Source: Gemmatimonadota bacterium
Lineage (GTDB): Bacteria; Latescibacterota; UBA2968; UBA8231
NCBI GenBank assembly: GCA_038153405.1
Contig: JAYOYH010000039.1
Coordinates: forward strand, 1 to 44,667
Direction of reading: 5' to 3'
Length of the DNA: 44,667 bases
Position 1 is the stretch's first letter. Every line of letters starts with the position of its first letter. The notes below the pieces were generated by a model that was not told the DNA's origin, did not search any database, and saw only the letters and a program-made list of their open reading frames with translations. Position numbers and translations under genes: made by a program. Positions 27,540 to 35,395 of the stretch are shown here, one piece after another.

Positions 27540-28505
27540 GTGCAACTCGGATTGGGTACGAGTCTACAGAACCTCGACGGCGAGTGGCTGCGCTTTGTGC
27601 GCCAGCTGGGCGTAACGCACGTATTTATCAACGGCCCGCGCTTGGGCAATCGCGGTATCCTCGAATTTGACGAGCTGCTGCGCTTGGCGAAGATGGTCGA
27701 GGCACACGGCTTGCAGCTAGGTGGTATTGAAAACCTGCCGCAGGATCACTGGGGCGAGATACTGCACTTTGGCGAGGGACGTCACAAACAGTTGGAAAAC
27801 GTTTGCCGCACGCTGGAGAATATGGCGCGTGCGGGATTTCCCGTCTTGGGCTACTACTTCAGCATCGTCAAAGTCTGGGGACATTGGCGGGCCTACCAAT
27901 CCGGCGGCGGGCGCGGCGATGCGGGCATCAAGAGCTTCGACTATGCGCTGGTCAAAGACGTGCCGCCGCCGGATAGTGGACCGGTTAGCGTCGATGAGAT
28001 GTGGAAGCGCCTGCAGTGGTTTTTGGAAGGCGTGGTGCCCACAGCTGAGCGGGTCGGGGTGAAACTGGCGGCCCACCAAGACGATCCGCCGGTGGAATAC
28101 TTGCGCGGGATAGGGCGGCTGCTGACTAGCCACGATGCGATGCAAAAACTAATCGACTTGGTGCCCAGCGAGTACAGCGGTTTGGAGTTTTGCCAGGGCA
28201 CCGTAGCGGAAATGGGCCCGGATTCGGTCCTCGATGCGATTCGAAGTTTTGCCGGGCAGGGCAAGATTTTCTACGTGCACTTTCGCAACATCAGGGGCTG
28301 TGTGCCCGCGTTTGACGAAGTATTTATCGACGACGGCCAGGTGGATATGCTGGATGCTATGCGCACCTATAAGGAGGCGGGTTTTGACGGCGTGATGACG
28401 CCGGACCACTCGCCTAAAGTGGCGGGTGACAGCGATGGACTCAAAGGACGTGCCTTTGCCTTGGGCTATATGCGCGCGGCCATGCAGATGGTGGAAAAGC
28501 AATAA
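27540..28505 (+). CDS. uxuA: Mannonate dehydratase family protein
   Basis: RQLGVTH, GIEN, FLEGVVPTAE..GVKLAAHQDDPP, GLEFCQGT, KIFYVHFRN, F.E.FIDDG.VDM, PDHSP, AFALGYM. GGAGG RBS favours GTG 27540 (alternative 27525). Confidence 0.85.
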   Translation: MQLGLGTSLQNLDGEWLRFVRQLGVTHVFINGPRLGNRGILEFDELLRLAKMVEAHGLQLGGIENLPQDHWGEILHFGEGRHKQLENVCRTLENMARAGFPVLGYYFSIVKVWGHWRAYQSGGGRGDAGIKSFDYALVKDVPPPDSGPVSVDEMWKRLQWFLEGVVPTAERVGVKLAAHQDDPPVEYLRGIGRLLTSHDAMQKLIDLVPSEYSGLEFCQGTVAEMGPDSVLDAIRSFAGQGKIFYVHFRNIRGCVPAFDEVFIDDGQVDMLDAMRTYKEAGFDGVMTPDHSPKVAGDSDGLKGRAFALGYMRAAMQMVEKQ

Positions 28506-28547
28506 CCAACTCCACATAGCTGGGGTTCTATTGAAAAGAGATAGGCA

Positions 28548-29543
28548 ATGAAAGTTCTATTTATTGGTGGTACGGGAACGATTAGCACGGCGTGCACCGC
28601 GTTGGCGGCCGCGCGCGGCATCGAGCTGTATGTGCTCAATAGAGGGCAGCGCACTGTCGAGGTGCCGGAGGGGATCACCGTGCTACGCGGCGATATAAAC
28701 GGAGATCCCGCCGGCGTAGCGTCCCTGTTAGAGGGCCATTCGTTCGACTCTGTAGTCAACTGGATTGTCTTCACCCAGGAACAGCTGGAGCGCGATATCG
28801 AACTGTTTAGCGGTCGCGTTGGACAGTATGTCTTTATCAGTTCGGCCTCGGCCTACCAGAAGCCCATCGTCCATCACCGGATCAGCGAAGGGACGCCGCT
28901 GGCCAATCCCTACTGGCAGTACTCGCGCAACAAGATCGCCTGCGAGGAACGGCTGATGCTCGAGTACCGGCAAAATGGATTTCCGATGACCATCGTGCGG
29001 CCGTCGCACACCTACGGACCGGCCTCGCTGCCGACGGCCGTCGGCGGCGGAGCGACGGTTGTGGCGCGCATGCGCGCGGGAAAGAAGGTCATCGTGCACG
29101 GCGACGGCGAGTCGCTGTGGGTGATGACGCATAATACGGACTTCGCCAAGGCCTTTGTCGGCCTGCTGGCGCATCCCAAGTCAATCGGCCACGCCTTGCA
29201 AATTACCAGCGACGAGGTGCTGACCTGGAACCAAATCTACGGCATGATCGGGCGAGCCTGCGGCGCCGAGCCGCAGAGTGTGCATATTCCTTCCGATCTG
29301 ATCAATCACTTTGATCCGCAGACCGGCGCCGGCCTGCTGGGCGACAAGGCGTGCAGCGTGGTCTTTGACAACAGCAAGGTGAAAGAACTGGTGCCGGACT
29401 ACGTGGCGACAACCCCTTTCGCGCGCGGCGTCGAAGAGTGCATTGCCTGGTTTGATGCCGAGCCGGGGCGCCTGCAGGTTGATGCGGAAAAGGACGCGAT
29501 GATGGATCGGATTATCGCCGCTTACGAGCGGGCATGGACCTAG
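28548..29543 (+). CDS. NAD-dependent epimerase/dehydratase (extended SDR)
   Basis: IGGTGTIS, LNRG, YVFISSASAY, YSRNK (YxxxK), IVRPSHTY. Confidence 0.9.
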   Translation: MKVLFIGGTGTISTACTALAAARGIELYVLNRGQRTVEVPEGITVLRGDINGDPAGVASLLEGHSFDSVVNWIVFTQEQLERDIELFSGRVGQYVFISSASAYQKPIVHHRISEGTPLANPYWQYSRNKIACEERLMLEYRQNGFPMTIVRPSHTYGPASLPTAVGGGATVVARMRAGKKVIVHGDGESLWVMTHNTDFAKAFVGLLAHPKSIGHALQITSDEVLTWNQIYGMIGRACGAEPQSVHIPSDLINHFDPQTGAGLLGDKACSVVFDNSKVKELVPDYVATTPFARGVEECIAWFDAEPGRLQVDAEKDAMMDRIIAAYERAWT

Positions 29544-29546
29544 CCC

Positions 29547-30323
29547 TTAAAAGCCGATAGAGGCACCGCCGTCGACGGGTAGGCAGACGCCGGTGATAAA
29601 CTTAGCGGCCGGCGAGGCTAGATAGGCTGCTGCCCAGCCGATGTCCTGCGGCTGGCCGAGGCGGTCCATCGGCGTGCGGCCGAGTACCTTGGCCTTGCGG
29701 TCGGGCACTTTGGCAAAGGCCTCGCGGCTCATTTCCGTTTCTATCCAGCCCGGGGCAATGCCGTTGACGCGCACGCCGCGACCGGACCACTCCGCCGTCA
29801 GCGAACGGATGAGCCCTAGGTGAGCTGACTTAGCCGCTGCGTAGGGCAATACGTAGGGTATGCCCATCAGCGAAGCCATGGAGGCGATAAAGAGAATGGA
29901 TCCGCCGCGGTCGTCGAGCATGCGCTGGGCGGCCGCGCGGCTCAGCGCAAAAGCGCCGTTGACGTGCACGTTCATGACCTGCTGTAGGTCGTCGTCCGTC
30001 AGGTTTTCGGCTGGTCCGCGCACCTGGTTACCCGCGTTGTTGACCAACGCCGTGATGGGCCCTAACTCGTCCACAACCGCATCGATTAGTGCGTCTGCTC
30101 GTTCCGTGGCAGTGACGTCGTGTACGCGATAGGCGGCATGATCTCCCAACTGCTCGGTTGCTCGTTGCAATACGTCTTCGCGCCGCCCGCTAATCATGAC
30201 GCGTGCCCCCTGTGCAATAAAGGCGTGGGCGATGGCCAGCCCAATGCCGGTGCCTCCGCCCGTTATTAGCGCGACCTGTCCGCGCAGGCTAAACGCATCG
30301 GGCGTTAGCTCGTACTGTTCCAT
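29547..30323 (-). CDS. Classical SDR oxidoreductase (gluconate 5-dehydrogenase-like)
   Basis: TGGGTGIG, NNAG, IASM, YAAAK, VNGIAPGWI, VDGG. Confidence 0.9.
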   Translation of the reverse strand: MEQYELTPDAFSLRGQVALITGGGTGIGLAIAHAFIAQGARVMISGRREDVLQRATEQLGDHAAYRVHDVTATERADALIDAVVDELGPITALVNNAGNQVRGPAENLTDDDLQQVMNVHVNGAFALSRAAAQRMLDDRGGSILFIASMASLMGIPYVLPYAAAKSAHLGLIRSLTAEWSGRGVRVNGIAPGWIETEMSREAFAKVPDRKAKVLGRTPMDRLGQPQDIGWAAAYLASPAAKFITGVCLPVDGGASIGF

Positions 30324-30422
30324 AGCTCTTCTTTCGCTTTAGGTGATTGCAGCGGTTGCGGTGGTTTTGAGTGTGACGATTGTTGCCGCCGCGCGTTCTA
30401 CAGCTTTTCGTTCGCAGGCAAG

Positions 30423-30452
30423 AGTATGTGAGGTGCGGTATCGCACTGTCAA
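30423..30452 (-). promoter_or_regulatory. Putative sigma70 promoter of the SDR gene with a palindromic spacer
   Basis: Minus strand TTGACA-N18-CATACT; the spacer contains GTGCG-N4-CGCAC. Confidence 0.5.
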
Positions 30453-30738
30453 CACGGCAGGTGGAAAAACACGTGATCGATCTTTTTGGCAGTGCCAGTA
30501 TCCGTGCGGAGCGCGTTTGCATATACTGCTTGGAGCCCGACGGCCGATTGGCGGGCGACGGCAGCGGTGGAGCGGTGTCTTCGCCCGCGCCATACTGGGT
30601 GCACCTAAGGATAGGCAATGGATATACAAGATTGGCCGTCGCCGCACGGCGTCGGGCGAAACGGCGCTGTCGACACGGGCTTGCCTGCGCGTGCCATGAA
30701 AGAGCGGATGTCGGTATTGGCATCGGCGGAATGAAGCT

Positions 30739-32685
30739 ATGATCAAACCGGAGGACCGTACCACTATTCGGACATCGCCCTTCAGCATGCGCGGCGTATT
30801 CATTGGTATTGCGCTCTCGCTGGTTATTGGGTTAGCCGCTCCCTACGGCATCGTCTTCAATTACTACTGGATTGGTTTCAATCCCTCGTCGCCGGGTGCA
30901 CTGTTTTTCTTCTTTGTGCTGACGTTTATCGTCAACGTCGTCGTTGGACTGGTCGGTCGCCATTTCGAGCTGAGCAAAGCCGATCTGGTGATGATTTACT
31001 GCATGCTCTTAATGTCCGTCACTGTGCCGACGTGGGGTCTTATGTTTTTCCTGATTGGCACGCTGGTATACCCCTTCTACTACGCCACGCCCGAAAACAA
31101 CTACGCCGAGCTGTTCTATGACTTTATACCTGCGTGGATGGTACCGCAGGATTTTCAGGCGATCAAAGACTACTACGAAGGCCTGCCTGAAGGAGCGGCG
31201 ATTCCATGGGGCGTGTGGGTTGAGCCCATGGGCTGGTGGCTGGCGCTGATCGTGGCGATGAGCCTTATGTTGATCTGCCTGAGCGCCATTCTACATCGGC
31301 AGTGGTCGGTGCACGAACGCCTGACCTATCCGATGGTTCAACTGCCGCAAAACATGATTGAAAGGGACGAGGACGCGTTGCTGGCTCCCTTTTTTAAGAG
31401 CGGCACCATGTGGCTGGGATTCTTCGTGCCCTTTACGCTGCTCAGCCTCAATGCCCTAAATCACTACTGGCCAATCGTTCCACAGTACAGTCCCAGCGGA
31501 AGCTTTTCGCTGTTTAACGGGACGCTGCACTTACCCATTGCCCTCAACATCGCCTGGGTTGGCTTTTTCTATCTGGTCAATCTCGAGATCACCTTTAGCA
31601 TCTGGTTTTTCTACGTGCTATCCAAAGTGCAGGAAGGGTTCTTCACTACGCTCGGCATCGCCAGCACGGAGCGCCTGAGTGCCTACGAGTACTCGCAGCC
31701 GGCCGATCTGACTCATCAGGCTACAGGTGCGGTCATCGTGCTGGTGCTCTACGGGCTGTGGAGCGCGCGCACCCACCTGAGGGACGTTGTGCAGAAGCTG
31801 TGGGACCCACAGGGGGGCGTCGACGACAGCGAGGAGTTGCTGCGTTACCGGACCGCTCTGTGGCTGTTTTTCGGCAGCCTGCTCTTTGTCGCCGTTTGGC
31901 TGTGGCGCTCGGGCGTGCCGATTGCCGTGCTGCCGGTGCTGATCGTCGTCAGCCTGATATTCTTTATCCTCGTCGCGCGCGTGGTGGCCGCCAGCGGCGT
32001 GGCGACGGCGCGCAGCCCCATTGTTCCCGCCTACTTCATCATTTCTGGGTTGGGCACCTCGGTGCTGGGGGCCAAAGGGCTGGTTGCACTTAATTTCACG
32101 TTTATATGGCAGGGGGAATCGCGCACCTCGCCGATGGTGGCTGCGTCCAACGGCCTCAAATTAGCCGAATTAATACCCGGCCCGAAGACGCGCCTGTTTT
32201 GGGGCTTGATCTTGGCGCTGGTGTGTTCGCTGCTGGGTGCGGCCTATATGACGCTCAAACTGGCCTATACCTACGGCGCGATCAACCTCTCCCTGATCAA
32301 CTGGGCAGGCGCACACGGCTGGCCCTATATCGGACCGACCATGGTCAACATGCCCGATGCCGATATGCGTGGCTGGCTCTTTAAGGGCATCGGCGCAGTG
32401 TGCGAAGGGTTTTTGATGTGGGCTCAGCACCGCTGGCACTGGTGGCCCTTTCACCCCATTGGCTTTGCCATTGCCGTCGGCTGGCTAACCAGCCAGATTT
32501 GGTTTTCGGCGCTGATAGGCTGGCTGGTCAAAGGAGCCATTGTGCGTTTTGGTGGGGTCAAACTCTTCCAGAATATGAAGCCCTTTTTTCTCGGCCTGAT
32601 CCTGGGGGAAGTGGCTGTATCGGGCGTATGGGGCGTCATCTACGTGCTGACGACGGAACAGGGGCGCTGGTTGACCAATATGTGA
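30739..32685 (+). CDS. Large polytopic membrane protein, DUF6785/DUF6784-like putative transporter
   Basis: YYATPEN, YYEGL, IPW.VW..P..WW, RQW...ERL.YP..QLP, HRWHWWPFHPIGF, GW..K..I.RFGG, PFFLGLILGE. Confidence 0.78.
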   Translation: MIKPEDRTTIRTSPFSMRGVFIGIALSLVIGLAAPYGIVFNYYWIGFNPSSPGALFFFFVLTFIVNVVVGLVGRHFELSKADLVMIYCMLLMSVTVPTWGLMFFLIGTLVYPFYYATPENNYAELFYDFIPAWMVPQDFQAIKDYYEGLPEGAAIPWGVWVEPMGWWLALIVAMSLMLICLSAILHRQWSVHERLTYPMVQLPQNMIERDEDALLAPFFKSGTMWLGFFVPFTLLSLNALNHYWPIVPQYSPSGSFSLFNGTLHLPIALNIAWVGFFYLVNLEITFSIWFFYVLSKVQEGFFTTLGIASTERLSAYEYSQPADLTHQATGAVIVLVLYGLWSARTHLRDVVQKLWDPQGGVDDSEELLRYRTALWLFFGSLLFVAVWLWRSGVPIAVLPVLIVVSLIFFILVARVVAASGVATARSPIVPAYFIISGLGTSVLGAKGLVALNFTFIWQGESRTSPMVAASNGLKLAELIPGPKTRLFWGLILALVCSLLGAAYMTLKLAYTYGAINLSLINWAGAHGWPYIGPTMVNMPDADMRGWLFKGIGAVCEGFLMWAQHRWHWWPFHPIGFAIAVGWLTSQIWFSALIGWLVKGAIVRFGGVKLFQNMKPFFLGLILGEVAVSGVWGVIYVLTTEQGRWLTNM

Positions 32686-32698
32686 CCGCGCGCGCGTT

Positions 32699-33706
32699 TT
32701 AACCCACCCGACCCAGCGGTCGGGGCGTGCGGCCCAGCGGCAAGCAGGCCGGTTCTTCAAAGGGCCTGAAGGGCACCTGTGCAGCAATCTCATCGATGCG
32801 CTGCAGCACGTCGCCGGGCAGGGGGCCGCGCTGGCAGGCGGCTACGTTGAGGTCGACTTCCTCGGCCGAGCGCGCGCCCATGAGGGCGCAGGAAATATCC
32901 GGATTGGACAGCGCGAAGCGCAGCGCTATTTCCGGCAGGCTGATGCCGCTTTCATCCAGCAGGGCATAGAGGGCGAGCAACTGCTGGCGGCGCGGCGGGC
33001 TGAGCCAGTGTGGACCCCGCTGTACCTCGGCGTCGTGGCGGCGCGACAGCACGCCCTGCTGCAGCGGCGAGCCGATGACCACGCCCATATCGAGCTTCTT
33101 AGCCGTCGGCAGGATGGCGATCTCCGCTTCGCGCCACAGCAGGCTGTAGTTAAAGGCGGTCAGCACCACGTCGAATCGGCCCGTTTCCATAATGGGCACC
33201 ATGGCGTAGGCGGTAGTGCCCCCCAAACCCGTGTAGCGCACTAGGCCCTTCTCTTTGAGCGCATCGAGCACATCGAGCACGGGGCCGGTATAGCGCTCGC
33301 CGTCGCTCCACCAATCGAACTGGCCCGGCCGCTCGGGTTCGTGCACAAAGAGCACGTCAATGTGCTGGCGCCCGAGCAGGCGCAGGCTCTCTTCGACCGA
33401 GCGATACAGGTGATCGGCATTCTGCGGTTCAAAGGGATCGGGCCGACCGCCGAGCTTTGTAGACAGGACGAAGGGCGCCTTCACTTCGGGCAGCACCTGG
33501 CCTAACACTTCCTCGCTATTGGCATACGACGGAGCGGTGTCGACATAGTTAATACCGGCGTCAAAGGCGCGCAGGATGGCCTGGCGACCCTGGTCAAACG
33601 CGCCGCCGACAGAGGATACGAAGAGTCCCCCGAGCGAGAGTTCGCTCACCTGCAGTTCGGTCTTTCCCAGACGGCGCGTGCGCATAGGCATTTTCTTCTC
33701 ACTCAT
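32699..33706 (-). CDS. Aldo/keto reductase
   Basis: RRLGKT...SELSLGG, GINYVDTAPSY, LSTK, SVEESLRLL, VHEP, SPLQQG, LRFAL. Confidence 0.93.
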   Translation of the reverse strand: MSEKKMPMRTRRLGKTELQVSELSLGGLFVSSVGGAFDQGRQAILRAFDAGINYVDTAPSYANSEEVLGQVLPEVKAPFVLSTKLGGRPDPFEPQNADHLYRSVEESLRLLGRQHIDVLFVHEPERPGQFDWWSDGERYTGPVLDVLDALKEKGLVRYTGLGGTTAYAMVPIMETGRFDVVLTAFNYSLLWREAEIAILPTAKKLDMGVVIGSPLQQGVLSRRHDAEVQRGPHWLSPPRRQQLLALYALLDESGISLPEIALRFALSNPDISCALMGARSAEEVDLNVAACQRGPLPGDVLQRIDEIAAQVPFRPFEEPACLPLGRTPRPLGRVG

Positions 33707-33912
33707 GGCAATGGGCTGGTCGCAAACGCGTATTCAATCCCGATCCGGCCGTGGCAGGTCGCTTGCAGCCGGGGTTTTGGGGGGCCGCGCGCCGAGAGTA
33801 TAAGGCGGCGTAAACGCGGCGGCAAACGACGCGCACTTGCCCGTTGTGCCCATCTGCCGCGCGTGGCAAATAGATCGAATAGGCGGTGGTGGAAAGGGCG
33901 TTATAAAAATGC

Positions 33913-33939
33913 TCAAGATCGCCGCCTTCCTGCCGATAC
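33913..33939 (+). promoter_or_regulatory. Putative sigma28 (FliA/WhiG-type) promoter
   Basis: TCAA-N15-GCCGATAC, compared with the consensus TAAA-N15-GCCGATAA; points into the structured intergenic segment. Confidence 0.5.
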
Positions 33940-33945
33940 TTAGTA

Positions 33946-34225
33946 TTAAGTGATATTAAGAGCACTCAAGCTCTCAGAAGAAAAACGCAGCACCCGCGGT
34001 GAGATCCGCCGAATGGCGCGATGTTGCCCTGGAATAACATACTTTACTTACCGCTCGCACCGGCGCCCGATTCGGAGGAAATACGGGTGTCTTAGCTGAA
34101 GGGGTGACGGCCTCGACGCGAGCACACACAAACCGGCCGTTGCCTGAAAAATATACTACACCCAAGGACATAGTACCGATTCCATAGTACACCCCGGGGC
34201 GCGCCTCCCACGCCCCGGGTTTTTT
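33946..34225 (+). ncRNA. Candidate novel structured non-coding RNA (~280 nt)
   Basis: Five stems with 7 G.U pairs, all on the + strand; an upstream promoter-like element; a + strand intrinsic terminator; no credible + strand CDS. The 5' end is inferred from the promoter. Confidence 0.6.
34193..34225 (+). terminator. Intrinsic terminator (+ strand)
   Basis: CCCGGGGCG-9 nt loop-CGCCCCGGG followed by TTTTTT. No U-tract on the minus strand side. Confidence 0.75.
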
Positions 34226-35285
34226 ATGTGTGCCAGTAGGTGGGTATATCTACTGGCGATCCGTTTTCCAGCGCGCTCTGATGGGCGCAGAGGCCGGGCA
34301 CCGACATGTCGAGTGCGGCTCCTATGTCTATGGGCGGCGGTAAATCGCGGCGTATGCTTTCTAAAAAATCGCGCACCATATAGTACTCTGCCGTGCCGTG
34401 TCCGCCGGCATCGGCGCCACTCGGCGCGTTGGGATCGTTGTGGCCGAGTGCCAGATGCACCATCTGCGGCTCGACTCCGTCGCCAAAAAACGCGTTGGTG
34501 CGCAGCGCATCGGGTGGTCGCTGGCTTTCCAAACAGCCGCGCGTGCCGTAGAGCGAGTAGTAGTGAAAGGCCGGTTCGCGCGCGACGCGGAACGAGGTCA
34601 GCACTTTGAGCGTAGCGCCTTCCTCTGTTTGGAAGAGCGCGACCTCGCTGTCGTAGTGATGGGGTCCAGGCTGCAGGCGCGACGGCGTGGCTAGGGCGAC
34701 GGCGCGCTGCACGCGCGCGCCGCTGATCCACAAGAGCGGCCCTAGGCTGTGCGTCAGGTAGTGAATAGGGGGTAGCGTTGCGCGCCAGGTTGGCTTTCCC
34801 TGCGCATCGGACATCAGCGCGCGCACGTCGTGCACGTATTCGGCCTCGCCGTGCACCAACTGACCGAGCTGCCCTGCCCGCCACATTTTTTTCCACTCGG
34901 ACACAAAGTGCCAGTAGCAGCAGTTTTCGGCAAGCATAAACTTTTGCCGCGGGTGCGCCTGCACGACGTCGTATAGCTGCCTGCACTGTTCGAGCGTTTC
35001 GGCGAGAAAGACCTCCTGCAGCACGTGGCAACCCGCCTGCAGCGCGGCGATGCTCTGTTCGGCGTGCAGGGCCACAGGCGAGGCGACGACGCAGATATCG
35101 GGCCGCGTTGCCAGTAGGTCTTCAAAGCGGTTAAAGCGCTGAGCATCCGGATGGCTGGCGGCAAAGCGCTGCAGCAACTCTTCGTTCACGTCGCAGACGG
35201 CGCTGAGGCGGCAATCGGCAAATAGGGGAAACACGCGAGCAAAGCCCGCACCGCGGCGCAGGCCGCAAAGGGCGACGTTCAGCAT
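34224..35285 (-). CDS. Gfo/Idh/MocA family oxidoreductase (GH109-like motifs)
   Basis: Rossmann N-terminus, AVCD, ASP..LH, AGCHVLQEV, AENCCY, GEAEYVHD, PPIHYLTHSLGP, GGHG. Confidence 0.88.
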   Translation of the reverse strand: MLNVALCGLRRGAGFARVFPLFADCRLSAVCDVNEELLQRFAASHPDAQRFNRFEDLLATRPDICVVASPVALHAEQSIAALQAGCHVLQEVFLAETLEQCRQLYDVVQAHPRQKFMLAENCCYWHFVSEWKKMWRAGQLGQLVHGEAEYVHDVRALMSDAQGKPTWRATLPPIHYLTHSLGPLLWISGARVQRAVALATPSRLQPGPHHYDSEVALFQTEEGATLKVLTSFRVAREPAFHYYSLYGTRGCLESQRPPDALRTNAFFGDGVEPQMVHLALGHNDPNAPSGADAGGHGTAEYYMVRDFLESIRRDLPPPIDIGAALDMSVPGLCAHQSALENGSPVDIPTYWHT

Positions 35286-35395
35286 GGGGGTGCTCCGCTA
35301 ATGGGTTGAGAAAGGGTTGGCATACGCTCATCGCATGTCGTTGTGCAATAGAGTGCCGCCGCCGCTGCGCGGAGCTGCTCAAAGCTGTGCACCCG

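Noticed and set aside
30339..30803. Overlapping 118-154 aa ORFs between the SDR and the transporter
   Set aside because: Arg/Ala/Cys-rich shadow-like translations without RBS; the region carries promoter signals instead.
34072..34140. GGAGGAAAUACGGG and ACAAACCGGC resemble RNase P RNA conserved regions
   Set aside because: The motifs are imperfect and only ~50 nt apart, versus ~300 nt in RNase P RNA, and they do not form the P4 helix.
34021..34187. Short + strand ORFs within the candidate RNA (MLPWNNILY...; VTASTRAHTNRPLPEKYTTPKDIVPIP) and minus-strand ORF 33974-34192
   Set aside because: No properly spaced RBS, no tmRNA-like tag ending and no recognisable similarity. A small peptide is not fully excluded.
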